Positions 18,429 to 25,589 of a DNA stretch of 64,000 bases are shown here, piece after piece. The DNA comes from a virus. Its lineage: Duplodnaviria > Caudoviricetes. Where the stretch lies: IMG/VR virus record IMGVR_UViG_3300050491_000011. One strand, written 5' to 3'. Every line of letters begins with the position of its first letter. Position 1 is the stretch's first letter. The notes under the pieces are model-generated. The model made no database searches, was not told where the DNA came from, and was given only the letters and a program-made list of their open reading frames with translations. The position numbers were made by a program, and so were the translations under genes.

Positions 18429-18809
18429 ATGAGTATTGAATCCGCATTCAAAATTGGCCTCGGTGTAATCGGCCTTGGCATCGCTGCCGTAGGTTGTTAT
18501 AAATCGTACCAATCGTATCAGGAACAGAAGGACAAGACTGACCGCTCTCTCAAGGACTCTGATGAAAAGATCAAAGCAGCTCAAGCCAGAACTGAGCGGG
18601 CACGTAAAGATGCTGAGGAAAGTATTCGCCGTACCGGTGAGTGGCGCAAAGCTGATCAAGCTCGTCACGAAGAAGTGATGGCTGGTTACCGTAAAGACCA
18701 AGAGGAGTTGGATCGCTACAACGCGTTCTACAGTGACCTGCTTACCGAACTGGAAGCTGGTCGCGTTACTCCAGACGAAATGATGAACCGCATTAAGAAC
18801 TTTAAATAA
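18429..18809 (+). CDS. N-terminally anchored coiled-coil protein
   Basis: GLGVIGLGIAAVGCYKSY anchor then charged helix. Confidence 0.65.
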   Translation: MSIESAFKIGLGVIGLGIAAVGCYKSYQSYQEQKDKTDRSLKDSDEKIKAAQARTERARKDAEESIRRTGEWRKADQARHEEVMAGYRKDQEELDRYNAFYSDLLTELEAGRVTPDEMMNRIKNFK

Positions 18810-18836
18810 TAGCAATCGGCCGGGGAGGCCTTTTAC

Positions 18837-19520
18837 GTGAAAAAGAACGAACTGAAGAAACTATATAACGATTACTTGGTGCGTGAGAATCTGCAAGCCC
18901 AAGATGCCGTTGTGGGTTTTGGTGGGGCTTTGGTAATGATGGGTCTTCGTAAGGAGACCAGTGATATCGATCTTGACGTGACTCCGTACTTCTACGAAGT
19001 CAATCGTCGTCGTGGATATCCAACTCACGAAGGGATGTTCGGGAAATGCATTGATGTTAATGCGTACATCTCGCTTCACGCTGGCGTTACGTTTAAGCCT
19101 GTGTGTATCGATGGGGTTTACTGCCATGCTCCTGAAGCCCTCTTGGCTCTCAAGCGCAGGCTGACAATATACGTGGGTCGGTCACCTGAGAAGTTCGCCC
19201 AAGACTTGGAGGATATCAAAGCCCTGGAGAAGCACATGGGAATTGGTCATCCTCAAATGGAGCGTCCTGTTCCGGGTAGTTCAGCTGATCTCCTGATGGG
19301 TATGCAACTTAACCATCTGGAAGAACTTTACTACGAGCGTCTTCTGCGCCACCATTGGAACTTCCGCTCCGGTATGAAGTACCAACAAGATCTGAAGACC
19401 GATCGACTGCTATCGGAAGATGCGGCTAAGTGGAAAGGTAATTACCTCGTCCTACTGAACCGCTTCCGTTACCGTCATCGTAAGGAACAAGCAAAGCTGC
19501 AACTGCAACAATCCGCTTGA
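18837..19520 (+). CDS. putative pol-beta-fold nucleotidyltransferase
   Basis: FGGALVMMGLRKETSDIDLDV (GG..L..G.R..T.DID) and K....R..K..QDLEDI..L. Confidence 0.6.
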   Translation: MKKNELKKLYNDYLVRENLQAQDAVVGFGGALVMMGLRKETSDIDLDVTPYFYEVNRRRGYPTHEGMFGKCIDVNAYISLHAGVTFKPVCIDGVYCHAPEALLALKRRLTIYVGRSPEKFAQDLEDIKALEKHMGIGHPQMERPVPGSSADLLMGMQLNHLEELYYERLLRHHWNFRSGMKYQQDLKTDRLLSEDAAKWKGNYLVLLNRFRYRHRKEQAKLQLQQSA

Positions 19521-19585
19521 GTGATCGGGGAGCTTCGGCTCCCCTTTGACTTACCTTTTCTTTTGCCTAAATAAGAAGCCAACGT

Positions 19586-20137
19586 ATGTCTAAGAAAGCA
19601 CGCATCGCCATGATTCTGGCCTCCACGATCAATGGTGAGATCGGTTACAAGAACACCATCCCGTGGAAGCTGAAAGGCGATCTCCCGCGCTTCAAGGATC
19701 TAACCACTGGTAACGTCCTGATCATGGGGCGCAGTAGCTACGAATCGCTTCCAGGTCCTCTGAAGGATCGGATCGTTATCGTCCTCACTCGTGATCCGGC
19801 ATTCGCATCTGAAGTCCATGATCCAGAGAACAAGGTCTACAGCGCCAGCAGCCTTCCTGAGGCTATCGAGAACGCACGTTCGTTTAAGACCCCGATCATC
19901 TTCCTCGCTGGTGGCGCTTCGATCTACGAAGAAGGCATGGGGCTTGCAGACTACGTTTACCTGACGTTGGTTCACAAGTCCGCGCCGAAGTACGACACCC
20001 GCGTTAAGAACATGCGCTTCCCTGAAGACGTCTGGACGCAGGTCGAGTTCAAGCACGTATTCGAACCAGATGCTGAGTTCCCTGAACTCCGCGTCCCATC
20101 ACACACCTACCACACCTTTGAACGTATCGAGAAATAA
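19586..20137 (+). CDS. folA: dihydrofolate reductase
   Basis: GEIGYKNTIPW.LKGDLPRFK.LT.G..LIMGR.SYESLP.PL.DR..IVLT; AGGASIY. Confidence 0.95.
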   Translation: MSKKARIAMILASTINGEIGYKNTIPWKLKGDLPRFKDLTTGNVLIMGRSSYESLPGPLKDRIVIVLTRDPAFASEVHDPENKVYSASSLPEAIENARSFKTPIIFLAGGASIYEEGMGLADYVYLTLVHKSAPKYDTRVKNMRFPEDVWTQVEFKHVFEPDAEFPELRVPSHTYHTFERIEK

Positions 20138-20146
20138 GGACATCCA

Positions 20147-20968
20147 ATGCTTAACATCCCTAGCTACCTGATTGACACCTGCTTTGCCTTTACCGGTAAA
20201 GGCTGGTATCCGCTCCACATGCTGGCCATGGAAACCAGTCCTAACCGTATCAACGTCATCGTTACGGTTGCTAACGTGAAGATGATGCCTCACAGCTTCC
20301 CGTTTGAGGTCATGACTTCTCAGGAGCTGAAGAAGCGCACTTTGTGGGAGCGCGTTAAACAGTTCTTCCTGAAGTTGGTCGGTAAGACGGATATCGAAAC
20401 CCGTCCTGTTGATCCGGCCAAGCCTGAGTTCACCGTTGAATTCATGCCGCTCGAAGATCTGCTCGATGATCTGGCCAACAGTAAGGCTCGCGCCGCTGAG
20501 ATCGCCAGCTACGCCGACGTGTCCAGCCAACTCTGGATGGGTAGTCCGTTTGAAGACGATCCTCGGTTTGCTCAGATGTACGAAGGTTTCCACAACCAAC
20601 TGATGGCTGCCGCTGCACTGGGCGTCAACTGGGTCGTGGTTGAAAGCGAGTACATCAATCAGGCGTTCTACCATCGGGACAACTTCCGTAAGCACGTCGA
20701 AGCTGTGGTGCGTTCCCGCTACGCCTTCTTCTGCAAGTCGGTCTGCTTTGACCTGACCCACGCTATCAGTTATCTGCCAGCGAATATTCAACCAACCGCC
20801 AGAGCGGTATTGGGGTATGAGCTTTACTCCCGCGCTGATGAAGCGAACCTGTTGGCGTACTGCAACCGCGTGACTGAGAATGGTCCTAAGGATCAGCATC
20901 TCTTCACCGAGGGCGTTACGAAGGTGTTCTGGGATATGTTGAATGAGTATCGGCTGCTCGTGAAGTAA
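20147..20968 (+). CDS. hypothetical protein
   Basis: AAGGA RBS; 273 aa. Confidence 0.65.
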   Translation: MLNIPSYLIDTCFAFTGKGWYPLHMLAMETSPNRINVIVTVANVKMMPHSFPFEVMTSQELKKRTLWERVKQFFLKLVGKTDIETRPVDPAKPEFTVEFMPLEDLLDDLANSKARAAEIASYADVSSQLWMGSPFEDDPRFAQMYEGFHNQLMAAAALGVNWVVVESEYINQAFYHRDNFRKHVEAVVRSRYAFFCKSVCFDLTHAISYLPANIQPTARAVLGYELYSRADEANLLAYCNRVTENGPKDQHLFTEGVTKVFWDMLNEYRLLVK

Positions 20969-20975
20969 CTGACGG

Positions 20976-21006
20976 CATACAGAGGCGGGGATTCCCGCCT
21001 CTTATG
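20976..21006 (+). terminator. CATAC-AGAGGCGGG-GATT-CCCGCCTCT-TATG hairpin
   Basis: 9-bp stem after stop. Confidence 0.65.
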
Positions 21007-21032
21007 TCATGCGCTATAAATAAATTCAGTAA

Positions 21033-21040
21033 CACATTAC
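21033..21040 (+). promoter_or_regulatory. putative early promoter box CACATTAC
   Basis: AT-rich upstream (TAAATAAATT). Confidence 0.6.
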
Positions 21041-21080
21041 ACACTTGAATCCACAACAACATTAGGAGTCCTCAGCAATA

Positions 21081-21188
21081 ATGGATAAGCTACAAAGCTT
21101 TGCAAAGGTTGCAGTTACCGTACTAGGCTTGGCCGTCGCATTAGTGATGGTTAAGGTTGTAATCGAAATAGCACGCCACGGCGTTTAA
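21081..21188 (+). CDS. 35-aa single-TM small protein
   Basis: MDKLQSFAKVAVTVLGLAVALVMVKVVIEIARHGV; AGGAG RBS. Confidence 0.6.
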   Translation: MDKLQSFAKVAVTVLGLAVALVMVKVVIEIARHGV

Positions 21189-21210
21189 TATTGCAGATAG
21201 GAGTTAACAC

Positions 21211-21759
21211 ATGCTAAGTAAATCCCTTTACAACGAGGCTTGGGAACGAGTCTGTCGTGAACAAGTTGATCTTGTTCCAGTAGCTTTCTGTAATTACAAG
21301 GTCGCCATTGACGATGCGATGGTCATCGCCAAAGCAACTACCCATGCCGACGGCAAGCAGTTCATTGGACGTCGCTTGGCTGGCGAGTGGGAAGAAGGCC
21401 GTTACATCCTGTTCCAAGGGAAGTACGGCACCATCGTGGTCTGCTGGAAGACTAACGATGACACTGGAGTCTGGTTGGTCAAGTCTCCGGAATACGAATT
21501 CACCGGATTCGCTGACTATATTCAGCACGTCCGGGACCTTGAAGCTATGATTGTCGAAGCAGTAGCATTCGGCTTCAAGCTTGAAGGGGTAACATTCTGG
21601 TACGACAGCACTTACCGCAAGATCACCAAACGGGAAACTCCGGGTAACTTCGATTCGCTGCGCGTTATGCAGCGGTTGATGGCAACGATTAAGCCCGGCC
21701 TCGATGTACTCAAACGTCTACACCAACCTTTCGCTGAATCAGTAGGAGAAGCTGCATGA
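21211..21759 (+). CDS. hypothetical protein
   Basis: AGGAG RBS. Confidence 0.65.
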   Translation: MLSKSLYNEAWERVCREQVDLVPVAFCNYKVAIDDAMVIAKATTHADGKQFIGRRLAGEWEEGRYILFQGKYGTIVVCWKTNDDTGVWLVKSPEYEFTGFADYIQHVRDLEAMIVEAVAFGFKLEGVTFWYDSTYRKITKRETPGNFDSLRVMQRLMATIKPGLDVLKRLHQPFAESVGEAA

Positions 21760-22127
21760 GCATTGCACAACAAAACCACGAAGCGCTGGCTACCCTGAAG
21801 AAGGCGATGGCTGAGAACCCAACCCCGGCGCATCAGTACAAGCCCGTCATCGAACGCGCTATCTACGAGACCACCAAGAACCGCATCAGCAGTAAGGTCT
21901 ACGTGGAGCGTGTGAAGAAGGATCAGGTTATCATCAAGCGTGATAAAGACGCTAAAGATAGCTCGACCATCTCTCGTGCCAAGTTCCAGGTTTTCTACCA
22001 TCTGGACTCGCTGCCAGAAGGTTGGGAACCATCCGCCGATATCTGTGCGGCGATGGAAGGCATCATGAAGTTCGCCACCACCTTGGCGGAAATCAAGAAG
22101 CGCGTTGCGGAGTCGTCCAATGCGTAG
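21756..22127 (+). CDS. hypothetical protein
   Basis: AGGAG RBS; ATGA overlap. Confidence 0.65.
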   Translation: MSIAQQNHEALATLKKAMAENPTPAHQYKPVIERAIYETTKNRISSKVYVERVKKDQVIIKRDKDAKDSSTISRAKFQVFYHLDSLPEGWEPSADICAAMEGIMKFATTLAEIKKRVAESSNA

Positions 22128-22629
22128 CCCGATCGTTGAAATGTACGCTGACAGCGATGACGAGATTGCCATGCCTTGGGAGATAGCTGTGTCTATGTTC
22201 CGTATGCATCTGGCTAGCCGGATGCTCCGACGCGGCATGAGTGTCCTTGAGATCACGACCAAGCTCAATGAATGCAAAGACACCACTCTCCTGACTGAGC
22301 TCATCAATGAGTTGTTCTCAGAAGAAGAGAATCCTCCTAAGTGCAGTCTCGTGATCGGCGATCGGCAGTATGATTCGACTATGTCGCTGAAAGCTGTCCA
22401 TGATGAAGGTGTCATCGTTGTTATGACTCGCGGCCCTCGCGGTCCTGCATTCAATCCAAGCGTACACACCCTTGACGAAGTCGCTACGGCGATCACCGAA
22501 GCTTATCCAGACTACAATGTCTGGACTGACAGCGTTAGTCGCATCTATGTGGATGAGGGTGACGATGATCCAAACCTGATGAGTCCGAGAGACGCTTATC
22601 AGAAGTACATCATCGACGCTGGTAAATGA
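22120..22629 (+). CDS. hypothetical protein
   Basis: GGAG RBS before MRSPIV. Confidence 0.6.
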   Translation: MRSPIVEMYADSDDEIAMPWEIAVSMFRMHLASRMLRRGMSVLEITTKLNECKDTTLLTELINELFSEEENPPKCSLVIGDRQYDSTMSLKAVHDEGVIVVMTRGPRGPAFNPSVHTLDEVATAITEAYPDYNVWTDSVSRIYVDEGDDDPNLMSPRDAYQKYIIDAGK

Positions 22630-22686
22630 ATTCCCAACAATTCCGTTGGGTTTAATAAAGCGCCACACGGCGTGTAAGGAAGTCAC

Positions 22687-23160
22687 ATGACTATAAACAC
22701 TACCGCAAAAACAACCACAGGTATCAACGACAACACACGTGTCCTGAATTACCTGATCACTGTAGCGCAAGAGCAACGCACTACGACTTACGAAGAACTC
22801 GCCCAGGCTTGCGATCTGCCATGTCACGGAAACGTGATGGCGATGCGGTTAGGCCTTATCTTGACCGATATCTTCGAGTGGTGCGCTGCTAATCACTGGC
22901 CTGTAATGACTTCGCTGGTTGTGCGTAAGTCTGGTCAGGATCACGGTATCCCTGGTAAAGGCTTCTGGGTGCTTGCCCAGCGCTTTGAAAACGATCCTGC
23001 AACGATGACATGGTCTCCGTCTCTAGGCGCGTTGGTGGACGCTCCTAAGTCGATCCGTATCGCGATTGCAGCTTCGTACCAGATCCGGTGCTACAGTTTG
23101 TTCGCAACACTGAAAGCCCGCAGCAACACTGACACAATGCTGGAAGCACACAACGCTTGA
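22687..23160 (+). CDS. putative winged-helix DNA-binding protein
   Basis: TTYEELAQ...LGLIL..IFEWC....P.MTSLVVRKSG...PGKGFW pattern. Confidence 0.45.
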   Translation: MTINTTAKTTTGINDNTRVLNYLITVAQEQRTTTYEELAQACDLPCHGNVMAMRLGLILTDIFEWCAANHWPVMTSLVVRKSGQDHGIPGKGFWVLAQRFENDPATMTWSPSLGALVDAPKSIRIAIAASYQIRCYSLFATLKARSNTDTMLEAHNA

Positions 23161-23227
23161 GTGTGAGGCAGGGGAGCTTCGGCTCCTCTGTCATTTACCT
23201 TTCTTCTTTTTTGTTGAGGTAGTTTTT

Positions 23228-23686
23228 ATGGAATTCCGTTTCAGGCCGGGTAGCTACAAGATTGAAGTCGTGGCTGTATCTCACGATAACCAACAGGTCT
23301 TCATGGATCTGGAAGGTGGTGAGACGTTTACCCTCGGTGGTACATGTTCGTTGCCACAAGTTGGTGACCACGTCATTGTGCGCGATACAGAGGCGGGGTT
23401 GGTAGTCACCATCGAGACTTCTGAAGATCCGGCGGTCAGAGTCAAGGATCTGATGGATACATGGCAGGAGATTGGTTACCATCGCTTACGCCGTCTGACC
23501 TACGAGCTGAAAGGCTTTAGTAGTTTGATGGATGATGAACAAGCCGCTATCTTCGCCGGGTTGCCTAATGCCATTGCTGTCGGGATGTTCATTGAAGAAT
23601 GCAAACATCGGAATGCTTACAGACATGAGCAGAAATACGTTCGAGCGATCCGTGAAGTTGCTAAGGCTCACCACCTGTTATCGTAA
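23228..23686 (+). CDS. hypothetical protein
   Basis: GAGGT RBS; last ORF before the RNA array. Confidence 0.6.
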   Translation: MEFRFRPGSYKIEVVAVSHDNQQVFMDLEGGETFTLGGTCSLPQVGDHVIVRDTEAGLVVTIETSEDPAVRVKDLMDTWQEIGYHRLRRLTYELKGFSSLMDDEQAAIFAGLPNAIAVGMFIEECKHRNAYRHEQKYVRAIREVAKAHHLLS

Positions 23687-23721
23687 CATCCGTAAAAAGT
23701 TACGGAAGTAGTAAATAAGAT

Positions 23722-23795
23722 GTTCGAACAGCGCCGCGCGTAGCCGCCTCTTCGTAGTGCCGCCGCCCTCTGGGCATTTCGCGGCCTGTTCGAAC
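23722..23795 (+). ncRNA. structured RNA of unknown class (16-bp closing helix)
   Basis: GTTCGAACAG/CTGTTCGAAC and GCCGCG/CGCGGC pair perfectly, enclosing 41 nt; 5 nt before tRNA-Asn. Confidence 0.5.
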
Positions 23796-23800
23796 TCTAT

Positions 23801-23877
23801 TCCGCGATAGCTCAGTTTGGTAGAGCAAACGGCTGTTAACCGTTGGGTCCCTGGTTCGAGTCCAGGTCGTGGAGCCA
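23801..23877 (+). tRNA. tRNA-Asn(GTT)
   Basis: Canonical cloverleaf; AACGG-CTGTTAA-CCGTT anticodon arm; G73; encoded CCA. Confidence 0.95.
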
Positions 23878-23892
23878 CTTTCTAGTTGTAAT

Positions 23893-23969
23893 GGTGAACT
23901 TAGCTCAGTTGGTAGAGCAGCGGCAGGCTTAGCTGTGTGTCCTAGGTTCGATTCCTGGAGTTCACCCCA
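23893..23969 (+). tRNA. non-canonical tRNA: His-type G-1:C73 acceptor, GCT triplet in an aberrant loop
   Basis: G-GTGAACT/AGTTCAC-C-CCA; normal D and T arms; anticodon loop AGGCTTA lacks U33; short variable loop, so not a Ser-type body. Confidence 0.7.
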
Positions 23970-24009
23970 ATTCCCCAGCATGGATGCATAGATCGAGGTT
24001 TATACATCC

Positions 24010-24684
24010 ATGTCCGTAGATATCAGTACCTATCTGATCGCTACACCGCTTCCAGTATCTGAAACTAATCCAGTCGCCTTAGAGCTGCTTGGATCTCTGG
24101 CATTGATTCAATGTCCTGAGGTTGTTTCTATGCTCGAGGACGGATCTGTTCAATTCACCGCACCTACTAAAGGTGCGTCTAGTAAGAGTACTCACCGTAC
24201 TCGAACTGAATGGAAGGAACCAGAGTACTGGGCGTTGTCTAGCGCAGCTAAACACTGGAGCCGGCAGACGATGACTGTTACTAAAGTCAACTCTGCTCAG
24301 AAGGTGGTGGTTGCACAGATTCATGTCAAGGATGCTACAACGCCTCCTTTGAAAGTGTTCTGGAACAAAGGTAAGTTGACGATGGGTTTCCGCGGTAGTT
24401 TCGCTGATCCTACAATCGTTAACTATACGCTTCACACTGACGTACCCTTGGGCGTTCCGTTCAAGATCAGTATCGGTGTGACAGCCAGCGGTTCAGTGTC
24501 TGTCAACGCGTCATGTCAAGGTGTTCCTTCTCTGAAGAACGCGTTGAAGTTGAGCAGCACTTGGTTTGACCGGGTCTTGCAGTTCCATGGTGGCGTCTAC
24601 AACCAAGTCGACTACACCGACCTTACCTCTGACGAGGATGGTTCGATCTGCATTATCAGTGAGTTGTCTACAACTCACGAATGA
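24010..24684 (+). CDS. polysaccharide lyase family 7 (alginate lyase-like)
   Basis: RTRTEW (RxE), AQIH (QIH) and FHGGVYNQ (YFKAGxYxQ variant) motifs in the right order; no signal peptide. Confidence 0.8.
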   Translation: MSVDISTYLIATPLPVSETNPVALELLGSLALIQCPEVVSMLEDGSVQFTAPTKGASSKSTHRTRTEWKEPEYWALSSAAKHWSRQTMTVTKVNSAQKVVVAQIHVKDATTPPLKVFWNKGKLTMGFRGSFADPTIVNYTLHTDVPLGVPFKISIGVTASGSVSVNASCQGVPSLKNALKLSSTWFDRVLQFHGGVYNQVDYTDLTSDEDGSICIISELSTTHE

Positions 24685-24690
24685 TTCAAT

Positions 24691-24866
24691 GACTTCTATA
24701 GCTCAGTTGGTAGAGCGCCGTTATCTCATGTGTCGCGGGTTCGAGTCCCGTCATCGCTCAATGCTGGTGTCTTTCGAGACAGATGGCAAGCGGTGTAGCT
24801 CAGATGGTAGAGCAATGAAAACATACATGACGGAGGCCAGAGGTTCAATCCCTTTTGGAAGTCCCA
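24691..24866 (+). ncRNA. nested double tRNA: His-type outer tRNA with a circularly permuted tRNA inside its anticodon loop
   Basis: 24691-98 pairs with 24856-63 (8 bp) then CCA; 24789-95 pairs with 24752-58; 24718-22 with 24829-33; 24815-18 with 24726-29. Two D arms, two T arms, UUCG linker. Confidence 0.75.
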
Positions 24867-24872
24867 ATCAAT

Positions 24873-24947
24873 GGTGCAAGCCTGCGCCCGACACGAGGAA
24901 CACGACGCTAGTCAACGTTCAGTACGTCGGCCGCAGGCGGCACCACC
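24873..24947 (+). ncRNA. rod-like structured RNA
   Basis: GGTGC/GCACC, GCCTGCG/CGCAGGC, CCGAC/GTCGG and an inner GAC-GCTA-GTC hairpin; ends in ACC. Confidence 0.5.
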
Positions 24948-24953
24948 CTTTAC

Positions 24954-25030
24954 GCAGCCATAGTTCAGTTGGTTAGAATGCTCGCCTGTCACGCGAGAGG
25001 TCGGGGGTTCGAGTCCCCCTGGTTGCGCCA
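24954..25030 (+). tRNA. tRNA-Asp(GTC)
   Basis: Canonical cloverleaf; CTCGC-CTGTCAC-GCGAG; G73; CCA. Confidence 0.95.
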
Positions 25031-25034
25031 TATT

Positions 25035-25290
25035 GGATAAGTTGCTTCGGAGAGATCACCGAAGCGGCCTATCTAGTCCTTCGAGATAAGTAGTAAAGCC
25101 CGGCACCCATGGGAATGGGATCAGCTCGCTATACTGCTGACGGATGTAGCTCGTGTCCTTCTTGATTGTTAAGTTACGATGTAATCCGCATCAATGTAGC
25201 GAACGAGTGTCGAATATGATCCTTGCAGCGGCTGCGCCTGAGTAAATGCTGTCTTAACTTGACGTTACGGCGTCAGGAGGATCGCCCAAG
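25035..25290 (+). ncRNA. about 255-nt multi-hairpin non-coding region of unknown class
   Basis: 16-bp hairpin 25035-74, CCCAT-GGGA-ATGGG GNRA hairpin, TCAGC/GCTGA, GATCCT/AGGATC, TGACG/CGTCA; no ORF of 60 aa or more in the track. Confidence 0.45.
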
Positions 25291-25293
25291 TTT

Positions 25294-25444
25294 GAGCTTA
25301 TCAGAACGAGTGGCGGAATTGGTATACGCGGGGATCGCATCCCCAGGTCAGTGAATTGACACTGGCTGCCTGTCTATCGGTGGGCTAACGCCATTGCGGG
25401 TTCGAATCCCGCCTCTGAAAGGATAGACCATAGCTGATAAGCTC
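25294..25444 (+). ncRNA. tRNA-Leu-derived RNA without an anticodon, closed by an 11-bp terminal helix
   Basis: GAGTGGCGGAATTGGTATACGC Leu-type D arm; GGGAT-CGC-ATCCC stub; variable-arm hairpin; GCGGG-TTCGAAT-CCCGC T arm; GAGCTTATCAG/CTGATAAGCTC ends; no CCA. Confidence 0.65.
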
Positions 25445-25455
25445 AACGTTTTAAT

Positions 25456-25581
25456 GATTCCTGTAGCTCAGTAGAAGAGCGCCCCCACAACGGTTCGATT
25501 CCGTACGTACCCGACTTCGGTCTGGGTATGACTTGGAAAACATGGGGGAGGTCGGTGGTTCAATTCCATCTGGGAATCCCA
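25456..25581 (+). ncRNA. tRNA-like RNA: His-type acceptor, anticodon loop replaced by T-loop + UUCG module
   Basis: G-ATTCCTG/TGGGAAT-C-CCA; CCCCCA/TGGGGG anticodon stem enclosing ACGG-TTCGATT-CCGT and TACCC-GAC-TTCG-GTC-T-GGGTA. Confidence 0.75.
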
Positions 25582-25589
25582 ATTTACAT

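Noticed and set aside
23893-23969. Calling this tRNA-Ser(GCT)
   Set aside because: No long variable arm, no U33, and His-type acceptor with C73 rather than G73. Kept as a non-canonical tRNA.
25071-25195. Group I intron-like words (TATCTAGTCC resembling S, TAATCCGCA resembling Q)
   Set aside because: They are in the wrong order, with no recognisable P7/R partner and no interrupted gene. Probably chance.
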